Assembly (NCBI GenBank): GCA_051362555.1
Contig: CM120640.1
Coordinates: 35,793,967-35,857,966 of the forward strand
Source of the DNA: Lingula anatina
Taxonomy: Eukaryota; Animalia; Brachiopoda
Direction of reading: 5' to 3'
Length of the DNA stretch: 64,000 nucleotides
Positions within the stretch are counted from its first letter, which is position 1, and each line of letters starts with the position of its first letter. Below the pieces are notes generated by a model. The model saw nothing but the letters and a program-made list of their open reading frames with translations, was not told where the DNA came from and did not search any database. Position numbers and translations under genes: made by a program. Positions 1 through 14,500 of the stretch are shown in pieces.

Positions 1-3000
1 TGACGACCTAAATCCGCCCCTGCAAGTTATAACCACAACATGTGCACATATTTTAGTATTGGTTCTACAGCATAAATGCATGCAGGTTCAATTCAATTCC
101 CAGCAGGCACAAGGTGTCATTTCATAAATAAAATATGTCTAGACTTCAAAATGAAGCAGAAATGAAATACCTTGAAAGTACACAGTGAACGTGCCATGAT
201 GTGACCTGAACAAAAAGGTGTTTTTAATACTGAGATCATACAGAAAAAAATATTGTGAAATAAAATATGGGGATTCAGTTTGCTTGAAGTGGAGTGGGAA
301 GATACCATCAGAACATCTGAATAGTGTGAATACTATGACTTTATACCTGAGAACCTTAAAAGGCATGAATAGCATAAAAAAGTAAAAAGAAAAGCTGTCT
401 CACACAAAAGGCTACACAAGACTCTTACAGTCAAGCTGATAAATTACTGATTTTCATGACAAAATTGAAAAGGATTGTAAAATCTATACCACGGAAATCC
501 AATGACAATCTTCACTTAATAATGATAGTTGTGTTAGTAACTTTATCTTGAAGGTGTTGATACTGCACCTTAATTGTGGGTATTTTGTATCAGATTCAAC
601 TTGTCAGATGCTCACGCACAAACTTCAGGAATGATTTCTGTTTGATATATGTATGTACAGCATGCTTGTGCAGGAATTTAAGGTGAAGGGAAGTTCATTT
701 GGTACGCATTTTGTTGCATATACTTTCAGGTTTTGATATTTATGCAGTTACCTCTTTCCATCCTACCCCCTCCCCACCCCCAAAAATCAATAAAGAGTCA
801 GGCATTTTGAGGGTATGGAATACCTTTTGCATTCCGTGTGATTGACCTTAGTTTTCCAGTGTGAGTCGTTATTTGAGCCCAATGTATTCTGCATGAAGCG
901 TGATTCAGGAATTCTTGGTGATTGGTGATTGGCCTGAATATATCTTCTATTTGGTGATTGAGCTGTTTTAATTCTTGGTGATTAAGGAGGGGTATTCTCT
1001 ACCCTCATTTTTGCAACAACGGAGAAGTTCTCTTTCTTTAACACTTTTTGTTTAAAAAAAAAAAACTCCTAGGTTGGTGGCCCAGCAAGTTTTTCAGTTT
1101 AATTGAAAGTGATACAATTGGCAACTCTTTGTTTATCTACTTTTGTACTGTTCTGCTTTTTTTTTCATTGTTCAAGAGGAGTTTTAGGTCAATGTCTGGT
1201 AAAAATTATATTATACAGGAATGCTGAAAATACTGTGAGAAGAAAAAAAGCATCTACAGGAAATTGATCTACTTGAGTCATTTTACAATTACTCTGTTTC
1301 AACTGATTTTGAAGAGTAGGCCATGTAAAAAAAAGGGAACAAAACTTTTGACATCTTGCCAATGGAGAAGGAGACAAGCAGCACGTTGCCAGAGCTCTGA
1401 CGGCATGCCTCAACCCCAAAGTTGAATTTTTGCTCTAGATTGTCCTGGAGAAAAGTCATGCAGTGCTATGTTGCCCTCCTTGTATGCTGAACAATCAGAC
1501 AGAACTTACAGTTATTTTACCCTGACATACATAGGGGTTACATACTTCTTCAGTTTTACATTATTTGCTCAGATTGACAAACTCAATTGAACAAGGTATC
1601 TGGTGACTCTAGAACATTTTTGGCTTTTTTGTTTATTTATTTATTTTTTTAAGATTACCATGGGAAAGAGCTGTGTACATTGTTAAAGTTTTTTAAAACC
1701 AGTCAGAACACACAGTAGTCAGTCAACCTGGGAGACACACCTTAAGGTATAAATTAACTGTAAAACTTCACACTGCTTTCAGATGAAAGAATACAGTTCA
1801 CTCCATCTGGTTGTCTCTGTAGTAATTTGTCCCTAAAGCTGAAATCATGTTGAGTCATGAAGTGTTATTCGATAATTGACGAAAAAATAACCTCACACAG
1901 TACAGTGTGTGTAGAAAGGAATGCCATCTATATATATGAATAACGAGGGTGGCTTCAAGATCCTCTGCCCTCAGATCTCGTCAATTAAATTGAAAACCTA
2001 TACCTGGCTCCCACAGTTGATCATAAACTAGAACACAGTGGTGTTAGGTACAAAAGAAGCCTAGCTACCTGTTACATTAAAAAATACTGGAGGCGAAATA
2101 AAATGAGATCAGTTGGGCATGTCCACAGACACAATATCGGAGCAGCTAGGTTTATTTGTCAGCTGATACAGCCGTGAAAAGGCGTAACTGCACACCTAAA
2201 AAAACATGTCGGGGTCAGATTCAGGGACCATGTGCCCCCAAAGCAGGGAGGAGGAGCAGGTTTGGTCATAAGAACTACTATCTTGTCTTCTGCCGACTTT
2301 TTTTTTAAGTTCTGTATCCCATCATCTTAAAAACCAACCAGTTTTTGTTTACTGTTTAGGGAATAGTAACAACGTTAAGTTTAAAGAATATGACATTTAA
2401 TATGATAGGGGTCCAGCAGCTTAAATTGTGTTAACGGATAGACATATTCATGTTTTGGAATTGATTAAAAAAGGAATGTCCAAGGACTTACAGTTTTTAA
2501 TGACCTCATAAATGGCAATTTAGAACTGAAGTAGAGATCAACACATTAAAAATGACCTTTATCTCACTTGTTAAATCCAATTCAGTTAGGAATGAGCTGT
2601 TTTTCAAGTTTTCAGATGTACTTGATGGCACATCTTACATTTGCTTAATATTAATAGATGCCAGACCATTTGGGCTAGCTAATGCATTTAGGAAATGGAT
2701 TTCCATAGAGTTGGCTTTTCAATGTGGATGACAGTAAATTTGACTACTAGTGTGAGTGACATAGGATACGTGATGAAAGCAGGTGCAAAGCTTAATGAAA
2801 GCACATGCAGATGCTCATGAGGGCATGTTCGTGCACACAACGCACACCGAAAAATACCAGTGGTTGCATTTATGCTGTGGTGTAAGATGGACAATTTTGA
2901 AAACATATTTTATGGGAGACTCCTAGAGCACTGCTGATTGAAATTAAGCAAGTGGATTCTAAGCATAACAGCATAACAGTCCGCTTTTCATACATCCTGG

Positions 3001-6000
3001 GAAATGGACACCCTGCACTTCAATCTGTGTGCCCCTAAAATAAGATGCGGCCCTTTCCCTAGTTCACTTTTGAAAATGTCCCAAAATAGATAGATGTGCA
3101 TTAGTGAAAGGAAAGAAGTCCAGCAGATAGGAAATCCTCAACAAAACATTCATACATGCAGGATGAGGGGAATTAATAAGTGGCCACTTTGCGATAACAG
3201 AATATGTTTGTGTCGGCTAGTTTCATGCAGTCATGCATGCTTTGTTCCATTACTCTGGCGCTGGCTCATATGTCAAAGCAGTTTATTGTGTGTGGACGAA
3301 GAGGTCCTTTAACTTGTGGTCTGTTGAAATCTATTTGAGGTTAGCCCTGTGTCATTCCAGGCCCCCGTGGAGTCGGTGACATTATCACCTGTGTATCCAT
3401 CTGTCCCATGTCATTGGCTGTGTAATTGTAGTAATATTGGAGAATAGAGAAAGACAGACCGCTTGTATTATGTGTCATTGGTGTAGTGTAATTGTAGCAA
3501 TATTGTGTCCATGCATGGATAGCATGGACAGGGTCGCTATTGTTTGTACTGCGCCATCTTCATTCTCTTTTCTTGTCATTGGTCATGTAATTGAAGCAGT
3601 AATATTGTGACCATTTGTAGAGAACTAACAGTGGTTCTAGTGTCATTCCTGTGTCATTTATGGGACAACTTTGCCTGTAATGTGTCACTGCAATTAAGTG
3701 TCACTGTCAGATAATGATTACATTTTTTGCATAACCCACCTTATGCCCAAGTGATTATCAGTTTTTATTTTAGCTACTCTTGATATATATAAGTAAAAAC
3801 AAACATTTAAACAAGTATTTTGGCACGGTCAGCTCATGACTCCTATCCTCCAATTCAATAGCAGGTTACATAAACTGATGTCTGGCATGACCAAGCTATT
3901 TGCATTGGTGTCTTTTGTATCTTTGCCCAAAATAGTTTAATTGATTCTTTGCTGTACATCAGTCAGTGGTCTTGTTTATATCCTGGATAAGTTATTAACA
4001 TGGAGTCAGTGCCATTCCATGGACTGCGAAATGATATTATTCCTATTAAAACTATGATGCTTCTTTGTGTGCTGTTTGCAATTTGTAGGTCAGCTCTGTC
4101 CTCTTTCTATTAACTATTTATGTCTACAAATATTGTGTGCATGTGAATTTTTTTCTCAGTTATGTTATTATTGATGGATTATTTACAGGCCATGAATGTT
4201 GGTTTTTGTTATCACAACAATAGTTTGTAATTCTCGCCTGGCAGATACTTGTTTCTCACGATACCCTCATCTGTGTAATAAATCCATAAAGTTCTAAAGT
4301 CAGCCTTTTCTGCTTTGTGCAAATGAAAATCTTTTATGAGCAGGCTTTTTTTTTCTCACAATCATACATGTTATTATATAACTAGAATTATTTAGGTCAT
4401 GCCTCTACCTTTTATGTCATTACTGATTACTGTCTGGGATGTTCAGTCGTGCTTTTCTTGATTAATTGACTCGGGACTTAACTTCAGTGTCACTGAATAT
4501 TAACCTGTGTCATTTATATCTCGTTTGTTTTGACACCGTTTGCCGAGTCTTCTGCACCTTCCAAACACAGGAAATCATCACTGCAGGTTTCAGTTTTGTC
4601 TTGACCGTATGCCCTGGGCTTAAAAAGATGTGCTTTTGAGAGATGGATCTTCCCCTAGCACTGTCATGTCTGTATTTTGGATTACTTCCTTGTCAACATA
4701 GCATTGTTAATGCAGTAATAGTTTTTCTATGTCAGAGCAGGGTTTGACTTGAATGTTATCAGTGGAAATTCTTTGCCAGTGCCTGTTGGCCCTTTTCTGT
4801 CATTGAGAAATTAGTTTACTACACACATGCCCATTCTATATATCTTGGCTTAAAATATTTGTCCTTTGTTATTTTGTCACACCTGAAATTGTAAAACCAT
4901 TGAGATATATGTCATAAATAGGTTAATATAAATATATTTTATGTCTGTAGACATATTTCAACCAGTTGTTCGTAACTTTTCTGTTGAGCCAATATTTGAT
5001 TGCAGATTATCTTCCTGTCAATTAAATTTAATGCAGAAAAGGGTACTGAATTGAAAACTTCTAAAGCAATGTTTGTTTTGTTTTTTCATTTTCAGAAGTT
5101 GGCAGGTTTTTGTTTGGCATACTGAATATTGCTATCAATATAAAGTGTTAGTAATCTGTTAGTTACTGCCTGGTAATGTAATGTTAACAAGCAGTTAAAA
5201 TTCCTTACATTAATCATAAAATTAAGTGAACCATGCAGACATCCTTGAAATGTTATGCAGTGCATTGGGTGTGAAAGTACTAAATCAGTAATGCCTCAAA
5301 ATCTTAATTAGTTTGGCTGCAAGAAGAAATGAGTGCACTTTTTTTCAGTTTAGTACATTGAAGATTCTTTAGAATTATAATTAAATGATACCTTGGAGGA
5401 AGGTCAAAAAGGGGGCACTGGATTCGAATATAAAGACAGCAGCCTAAATGGAGTGTTCATTTAATTCATAATGGGGTATCATTATGTGACAAAATCATGA
5501 TTTGGAATGTACGTCAGTTAATATTCAAATAGGATGGCCTTGGAGGAAGGTAGGAACGCAAGCACCAGTAATTTTTATGAAGAGGTGAAATTAAATCTGG
5601 TATTTCTAACTGTAGCTCGGAGTAGTGCAGAAAAGTCCTCTGCATAAGCAAAAGAATAAACTTGTTGCTTTTGGCAGGGGTCCAGAACGGTAGTCTTTGT
5701 GCAATCAATATGAAAGCTATAATATTATAACCAGTAATCTCAGGTAAATTTAGCCCTTGAGGGACCAGGAGCCACTTTTTGCTGGTGACTTTTTGTCCTG
5801 GTGGGCTAGGAAAATATTTGTTGACGTTTGTAAAAATTGGTTGCCGTGAGACTCACTTCCTGACGGTGGCAGAGGTCGCCATTAGCTCAGGAATGGAGGT
5901 GAACCTAACCAATCGAGTTGAACTGCTAGGGAACAAAGTCTACAATTTTCTACCCGTTGAATAAAAAATAGCCTCAGTCATCTGACATGCATGGATGGAT

Positions 6001-7517
6001 TTGCGAGGCTTTGGGAGGACCAAGTTGATTAGTAAAAGCAATGAAGCATGCACAGAAAAAGACATGTCATTTACATCTTTTCTTGTTCAAAGCCATGTTT
6101 GTTTTAATCTTTATTTGCCAACATGGACATGCCTGGAATAGCTGTCTGAAAAGGGAGCTTTGTTATTCTAATGTAAACCCCCTATTCAAACCTCCCTGAA
6201 TGTCTGGGCTGACTCTGATTGGCTGAGATAACACCAATTACCTCATCATAATCTCAGTGCAGATAATCTCGTCCCATATCAACACCAGCGCCTTGTTAAT
6301 AACGGTTCTTGACAGCAGCAAACAATAAATATGTCCAACTTTGAGCTCTTGGGTAAATTGTTGGGCCTATCGGACAGATTGATACAGACAGGATCGCTGC
6401 TTGATCTGTATTACATATAATGAGGGAGGTTGTTACATCATAGCGAGATGCAAAGATGAATTGTATTGAGCAGGTGTCATTAGGAAAAAATGGTGACAAG
6501 TTAAATGTCATACCTGACTTTAGGGATTTTCATATCAAGACCTTTTTGTTTCATGTTCATTGTTTGAAATTAAAGTCATCAAGGTCAGAAGTAATTGAGA
6601 ATAATAGTGAAGGCAATTTTTGAAAGTTAAGTTTTGAAAACTATCGAAATTACATGTTTCATGGCTGTCTTTTGTTTCAATGTGGCACAATCTTTTTGTC
6701 TTTGAAATCACTAAGTAAAACTTGGTATATGGGGATTGTCATTATGTGAAATATCAAAGGAAAAATATGGAAATTATATGCATAAATATATAATGTGCTG
6801 GGAGAATCCCCTCCCTGTTTTGTGAATTACCATGTATAAGAAGTAAAATTGGTTACGAAAAATGAATGATGCTTTTTATGTAAACCGTAACATTGAAAAA
6901 GACACCAGGATAATGACATACAGGACACAAATTAATAAACTCCATGTCAAAGATGGTGGCATCTCACATTCAACCAAATGCAAAAAAAGGTTTCCATTCC
7001 AAACAGGTTGCTGTGACGCAGTACCTGCATGAAATGGATTAAAGATGGACATTAAGCCAGACAGTAATGCCCGCCAGGTTATAATGACTAAATTAATTTG
7101 CATGCTGTGTTCGAAGCGGTAGCATTTCTACCTGCAGCATGACCCTATGTGTTGTATAGCTGGGTAGGCTTGGCATTGGGGCTTATACACAAAGCTGGTG
7201 GAAACAAAGAACACTCACTGATGGCTTGATTACAATCTGGATTATAAAATGATGGCCTACGGACATGCTGTTAAACTAGAGGTATCTACAACTATATATC
7301 TAGCAAAAAACTTCATTAAGTAGTCCTGGACATGTCTTATCTGATGGGAGGTAAATAAAAATAGATCTTTGCGGCTGATGAAACTTGTTAGGTTAGTTGG
7401 TATGGGAAGTGAACTGTAGAAAATTAATGATGAATGTACATGTAGAACAACCGTCCGTTTTTAATGTCATTGGTCAGATAAAACATTCAGTTTTCATGTT
7501 AAGATTGAATTGAGGAA

Positions 7518-7521
<4 letters not shown>

Positions 7522-7552
<31 letters not shown>
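7522..7552. repeat. (GT)n microsatellite
   Basis: Direct observation. Confidence 0.95.
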
Positions 7553-7556
<4 letters not shown>

Positions 7557-8598
7557 AGGAGGGAGGGACATGCATATTTTTTTGTAGAAATGCAGTTTTT
7601 AAAAAGAATAGGGAATTCTTGATATTAATGTTAAATTTTGGTGTAAAGAGAAAGTTGACGCAACATCATGATATTTTTAGCAAAAAGGACCATATAAAAT
7701 GATATAAGCTTCTGTCCAAGTTGGTGTCACAGGAAACATCTAAATTATGATATGTTAACAAAAAGTATGTTTACAGCCACTTTCTCATATATCTAAATCC
7801 CGGTCAGGTATTTTAGTAATAAAGAAATAAAATCAGGAGGAAGCAGTAGTGTTTCTGCCCCATTAATGGCATAAGTTTGTTTTGATTTAAAATATGGGGG
7901 CAAAACAATCTTCTCAAATATTTGATTTACTATGGTTTTAGCTGACTTTTAGCACATAAAATGCTTTGAATACAAGGGAACAGGATGCCTTCACATTCTC
8001 ATACAGCCATAAAAATCACACAAAGGTACAAACTCACGGCTGAGAGTGAGAGAACATTAGTATGCATATACACTGACAGACACCACTCAGACATAAGGTG
8101 CCCCCATTATTTCTACATTCAAGTGCCAAGGGTGACTCTTTGGCAAAATGTGGTTTCTCATACATAATGTCAACTCCCAGATATGTGTAGATTGATGCAA
8201 ACAATTCTAAATCTCATTGGCAATGCGGAATTTGTCTAAAGTCTCAGATATCGACATTGCTGATCTTTGCTCGAGTTTGCATACGCAGCCAGGTTTATTA
8301 ACTTCATTTGCAGAGTTTATCGAGTGCTGTATGAAAAGTGTTGTATTGGAGCAGAACAGAATCCCAGTGTAATGAGAGAATAAAGTTCTTGGCCCAGTTC
8401 AGAAGTGTGATGCAAACCATAAACGAGTACTAGTACTTATGTATTTGCATCTATTTATAAAGTCTCTCTACTTTTTTCATCTGAAGTTTTTTTTCACTGT
8501 GGTAAAACGACACTTTGCACTGAATGTCTTTTTCAGATTATGATATATGATAAAAAATCCCATGTTATAAACCTAGTTTTTCCTCTCTCTCTCCTCAG

Positions 8599-11500
8599 GG
8601 TTACTACAGAGAAGGGGTGGCACTGCAGTGTATGGAGCGGCCTGCAGATGCCCTGGCCGCCTTTGCCTCTGGACTGGCTCAGGACCCCAAGAACTCCCAA
8701 CTGCTGCTAGGACTTATTGAAGCCGCCCTCAAGTCCCCGATCAAAGGTAAATAGAAAAATATTGAGCACCCATCTTTAGTTATTGTATAAATCTTAAAAA
8801 TGTGTAATGGGGTCCTAACCATGTGACAAATTTTTCCCATGCTGGACAGAATATTAAAATGTTTTTTTGTTTGTAAAATATTTGCACAACAAAGGTGACT
8901 CTCAGATTCACCATAATCTATATCATTATTTGATGACATACAGTATAAAAGCATTATGTATTTTATGCCATATTATGCAAAAAGAAAGCCTTAACAAATA
9001 TTTGCATGAGAATTTTATAAAAAAAAGTTTTCTTGATTAGCAATTTTTATTTAATTTGCCATTCTGAACAATTATTTAGAAAGTAGTTTTATATTTAAAG
9101 TTCTTGCAGTGGGTAAATGTAGTACCATTGACTGTATTTAAAAAGGAAGTTCTGATAATCTTTTGCTTTCCTCAAGTCCTAAATTATAGTATTAAAACTT
9201 TACTTTTCTTATTTCAGAAAAGTTTGAGCCAACTTTCTACCAACTACAGAAGATGAAACTGGACAAGAGTCCTTTTGTTATAATTTCACTCATTGGTCAA
9301 GAGCTGCTTGCCGCCAACTTCCCAGGAGCTTCAATGGTTGTGTTAGAATCCGCCCTGAAGATCGGCACCTGTAGTCTGAAACTGCGGGGATCTGTATTCT
9401 CTGCACTCAGCAGTTCTCACTGGGCTCTGGGAAATATTGACAAGGCAATCTCTTACATGCAACAAGATCTTAACATTGCCAAGTCCTTAGGTAAGACATA
9501 GACGGTGTTTTTTTTTTTTTTTTTTAATAATGGGGTCAGTACTTACACAGTGGCAGACCCATAATTTTTTGGCAGATTTTGGAGATCAGTCAAAACTATG
9601 GTTGCCTAAATGTATTGTTTGCTCTTTAGCATTTGTGTTGTTATATTTTTATCCCCTGCTTTAACAATAAAAGAAATTTGTTTATATATGTACTAGTAAA
9701 AAAAAGATCTTATAACTAGTGTCGGTTGGTAAGATTGGGGAATCGGAGTGTGCACATGATTACCTAATGTGTGTTTGCAAGTCTGAATCCAGCTGTTAGT
9801 AGATGCAGGCAAATTTACCAAGTTGCTTGAGCTGTTAATTTGTCACTTTGAACAAATTAGTCTGCTAAACCCATTCCAAGCATGTTTCAGTTGACCTACA
9901 GTGGATGTTACATGTTATGTAGCTAAATAACTATGACTAAGTAAGACTGTTGAAAGAGCATGAAAAAAAATGAGTGTCAGAATATGTCAAAATAAGCAGC
10001 ATTCTATCATTCATGATTTGGGAAATTTAGAATGAGGCTCTGTTTTATTTAGGGATTAAAAGGTTGTTTACATCATTATCGAAGTGTACAATTACCCAAA
10101 CACTTGGTTTCCCTTTATACGCACTGTGAATTAACAAAAGGAAAAAAAAAACTCTGAACTCATAAAAATGTTTCTTTTTTCCTCCCTCAGGTGATCAAGA
10201 GGGCGAATGCAGAGCACATGGAAACTTAGGCTCGTCTTATTTCTCAAAAGGCAACTACAGGGAAGCCTTAACCAATCACCGGTTTCAGTTGGTCCTAGCA
10301 ATGCGACTCAAAGATCGCAGAACAGCGGCGTCAGCTCTCAGTAACCTAGGACACGTATATACTGCCATTGGAGATTACCCAAATGCCTTGGCTAGTCATA
10401 AACAATGCGTACTGCTGGTGAAACAGATGAATGACAGACTCATGGAGGCAAGAGAGATTGGAAATGTGGGTGCAGTCTATCTGGCTCTTGGGGAATTTGA
10501 GAATGCTGTAGAGTGTCACAATGAACACTTGCGCATTGCCAAGCAGCTAGACAATAAGTACGAAGAGGCTAGGAGTTATAGCAACTTGGGCAGTGCGTAC
10601 CATTACAAAAGGGAATATGACAAAGGCATAGCCTTTCACAATCAGGTATTGACAATAGCCACGGAGCTGACAGATAAGACTTTAGAGGCACGTGCGTATG
10701 CAGGTCTTGGGCATGCTGCACGTGCAAAAGGAGATCTGGGCCAGTCCAAGGAATACCATGAAAAACAATTGGATAATGCTCTCCATACTAAAGACAAAGT
10801 TGCTGAAGGCAGAGCATGTTCGAACTTGGGTATCATATTCCAAAGTGTAGGAGAGTATGATGCTGCGCTGAAACTTCACAAGGCACATCTCAATAATGCC
10901 AAAGAATTAGGAGACCGTGCCAGTCAAGGCCGGGCCTATGGGAACATAGGAAATGCATACTATGCGCTGGGAAAATATGACTTGTCAGTAAAATATCACA
11001 AGCAGGAGCTTTCAATATCACGTGAGGTGAATGACAGGCATTCTGAGGCAGCAACACACGGAAATTTAGCGGTTGCATATCAGGCATTGAAAATGTACGA
11101 ACAAGCATTGCAGCACTACCATGCTCATCTTGCAATCTCTCAAGAGCTGAAAGACACTGTTTCCGAGGCAAGAGCCCTCAGTAATCTTGGAAATTACCAC
11201 AGCTCACGTGGAGAATACTCTCAGTCCATTCCATTTTACCAGCATTTCCTGACGCTGTCTCAAGAACTCCAGGACACTGACGGTGAGGGCAAAGCTTGCC
11301 ATAATCTCGGATATGCACATTTTAACCTAGGAAACTTCCGAGAGGCTGTGCGGTATTATGAACAAGACTTGGCTATTGCTAAGGATTCCCAGGACAAAAA
11401 TGCCATGGGCAGGGCGTACTGTAACCTAGGCCTGGCACACAAAGCCCTAGGAGACTTCTCCCAGGCTCTAGAATGTCAAAATAATTTCCTTGTGATAACC

Positions 11501-14500
11501 CACCAAGGTAAGAACCTGACTGGGAAATTTCGTGCCTTGGGAAACATTGGCGATGTGCTAATCAAAATGGGCAATGCTGCTGAAGCAATCAAAATGTACA
11601 ACCAGCAACTAAAACTAGCCAAGCAGGCAGGGGATAAGAATCTGGAAGCCAGTGCTTTTTGTGCATTGGGGTCTGCTCACAGAATCCTTGGGGAGTGTGA
11701 TAAGGCCCTGGGGTATCACACACAGGAGTTGACAATTCGACAGGAGATGAATGATGTCAAAGGTGAATGTCGTGCCCATGGTCACTTAGGCAATGTTCAC
11801 ATGTCATTAGGGAGTTACACAAATGCCTACAAATGTTACGAGGAACAATTGGACCGTGCAAGAGATTTTCAGGACAGTGCCATTGAAGCCCAAGCCTATG
11901 GAAATCTAGGGATTACAAAAATGAACATGGGTCACTTTGATGATGCAATAGGACTATTTGAACAACAACTAGCCATGCTGGAACAAGTCTCAGGTGTCAG
12001 TGCCACTTCTGATCGTGGCCGCGCCTATGGCAACCTAGGGGACTGCTACGAAGCCCTGGGCGACTTTGAGGAAGCGGTCAAATGTCATGAACAATTTCTC
12101 TCCATTGGTCAAAGCTTAAATAACGCTGCTGACCAGGAGAAGGCCTACCGGGGACTGGGCAATGCACACAGGGCAATGGGAAATCTCCAACAGTCCCTGG
12201 TTTGCTTCGAGAAGAGACTGGTGGTTGCTCATGAGTTGGACAACCCCACAGCCAGGGGTTCGGCCTACGGGGAGCTAGGTTGCCTGCACAGCCTTCTGGG
12301 TAACTTTGAGCAGGCCATCTCCTGCCTGGAGCATCAGTTGAAGATCGCACAGGAAATGAAGGACAAAGTGGGAGAGGGTGATGCAGCATGTGGACTGGGA
12401 GGGGTCTACCAGCAGATGGGAGAGTACGACAGTGCGCTGACCTATCACAAGATGGACTTGGATATAGCAGAGGAGTCCAACAACACTGCATGTCAATGTA
12501 AGTAGATTTGTTATTTGTTGTTTGGAAAAATATTCATTTACTTTCCCTATTGTGTACTAATTTGTGGTTAAGAAAATTACTAACAAAGTAGTTGGTTCTT
12601 GAAATTCCATCAATTTAGACTTGTCAGATGAATTCTTTACACCCTATATTTTAAAAAAGAGGTTGAAATGGAAATCCATGATGGCATGCAAATGTGTTGT
12701 AAAATAACCAGTCAAGAATTTATAAATTTCATCACATTATATGTCAACATACAGATGGGAGGTAGATTTATCAGTTTTGAGTGAAATTGACTGTAGTGGT
12801 TTGTTAAATGGAATACCAAGGTAGGTGGGGGGTACGACCACGAGTAGCAGTGTCAATCCATTTTTACGAATAACATTACAAAATAATGCAAAAAGTGTGT
12901 GAGCTGTTTGGCAAAGAAGTACACAAAATCAACCTTTGAGTCCCTAAACATTGACCAACTGGGAGTTGATGTTTGCGACTTTTGCCTTCAGGGCAATAAA
13001 GTTGGTTTTAGGTACTTTTTAAAACGTCTTTTTGAGCTAGGTTTTTTTACCTTGAAGGTATCAGCATTGCCTGCAGGCAGTGCAATACTGGTGACTTCCA
13101 GGCCTTTAGGCTATAAAGTAACTTTATTTAATTACCATCTTTTCGGTTGAATTTTGTTGACGATTTTAGTGGTTTTGACTCCATGCCCATTGGCAGTTGA
13201 TTTACAGCACTAACTCCCACTGGTGACACCTGATAGGCATTCAGCCATGATTGGTGTTGAAAGGGCAGGGTGTGTGAAACATGTAGAAATTCTTTTTAAA
13301 ATTCTGCTTGACAAAATTTTAGATTTTCATATGGTGCGCTGATCGACCTAGCCTTATGGCTGGTAATGTTCCCCCGAACATGGCATTTTGTCAAATTGGC
13401 GTAATAAAGCACCACATTAGACGAATTTAAGTGTTCTGTGTTTTGGCTTATTTTCAGACTTCCGTCTATAAATAATGCTAAGTCTAATGCATGCAATTCA
13501 CTGATAAATATCTTTTTAAAGGTATGCTATACGCATTAGAAAATGTCCCAAAGTAAATTTTAATGTCTGAATATCCTGTAAAGCTATTTATCTTTTCCAA
13601 TCCAGACCTTAAACAATAAACCTCCAATAAAGTACCCAATGTCAGTATTTTCTTCTTTAATGCGACGAAGACCATAGCGTTCTAAATGAATCCTGATTCC
13701 TTAAGCACTAAGTTATTTAATTAAAATGATACAAAACTTTGTCTAAGATGGTTTAAGTGCAGCACCTAAATAAAAAAAAGTTATTTTGAGATCAAAATTT
13801 ACCTCAAGTGATGAACCTCTTTGTGAACCTCTTTGTTAAATTACAGCCTATTTGTGGTGTGAAAAAGACCATTTTGTTTGTTGCCTCTCACTTGTGTGAG
13901 TGGCCATATGCAAATCTTCTTCAGTTTTACAGCCTTTGACGCTCATGCACTTTTGTGGTCAATGCTCTTGACAAATTTTCATAAATATTAAGATGATTAT
14001 GGGACTTCTGTGAAATGAATATTTAGAAAAAATATCTGGCTTGTATTTAAGATTTCCCTTTGTTATTTCAGGTTAAATTAACTTAATATAATCCTTTTCT
14101 TCATGTCAAATATACGCATGATGTGATATATCTAAGGGCATGCCTTGTTGGCAAGTTGAACAACTTTGAAATTTATAAGACCATAAATGATTTTGAATTT
14201 CAGTACTGAAATCCTTAAGCAAATTCAGCGTGTATATAACTCTGCCTTCATTTTTTTCCAGGCCGTGCCTTTGGCAACCTTGGACTTTCCCACGAATCTC
14301 TGGGTAACTTTGAGCAAGCCATCGCTTACCAGGAGCAACACCTCAGCCTCGCAGCACAGATGAATGATAAGGTGGCAAAGACACTGGCCTTCAGCAGTTT
14401 AGGTAAGCCAAATTGTAATTCCCAGGGCAATTTCCTCATAATCTAATAAGTGGCTGATCTATTTGGTCGAAATGAGTAGGATTTACTTGGAGTGATATAA

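Noticed and set aside
117-8167. Short ORFs of 60-78 aa in the first 8 kb, and antisense ORFs over the large exons
   Set aside because: No recognisable domains or splice-consistent structure. They are expected by chance or as shadows of real coding exons.
12938-12950. Telomerase RNA template (CCCTAA) in the structured TTC28 island
   Set aside because: There is only one repeat unit, with no alignment region for TTAGGG, and no recognisable CR4/5 or H/ACA domain.
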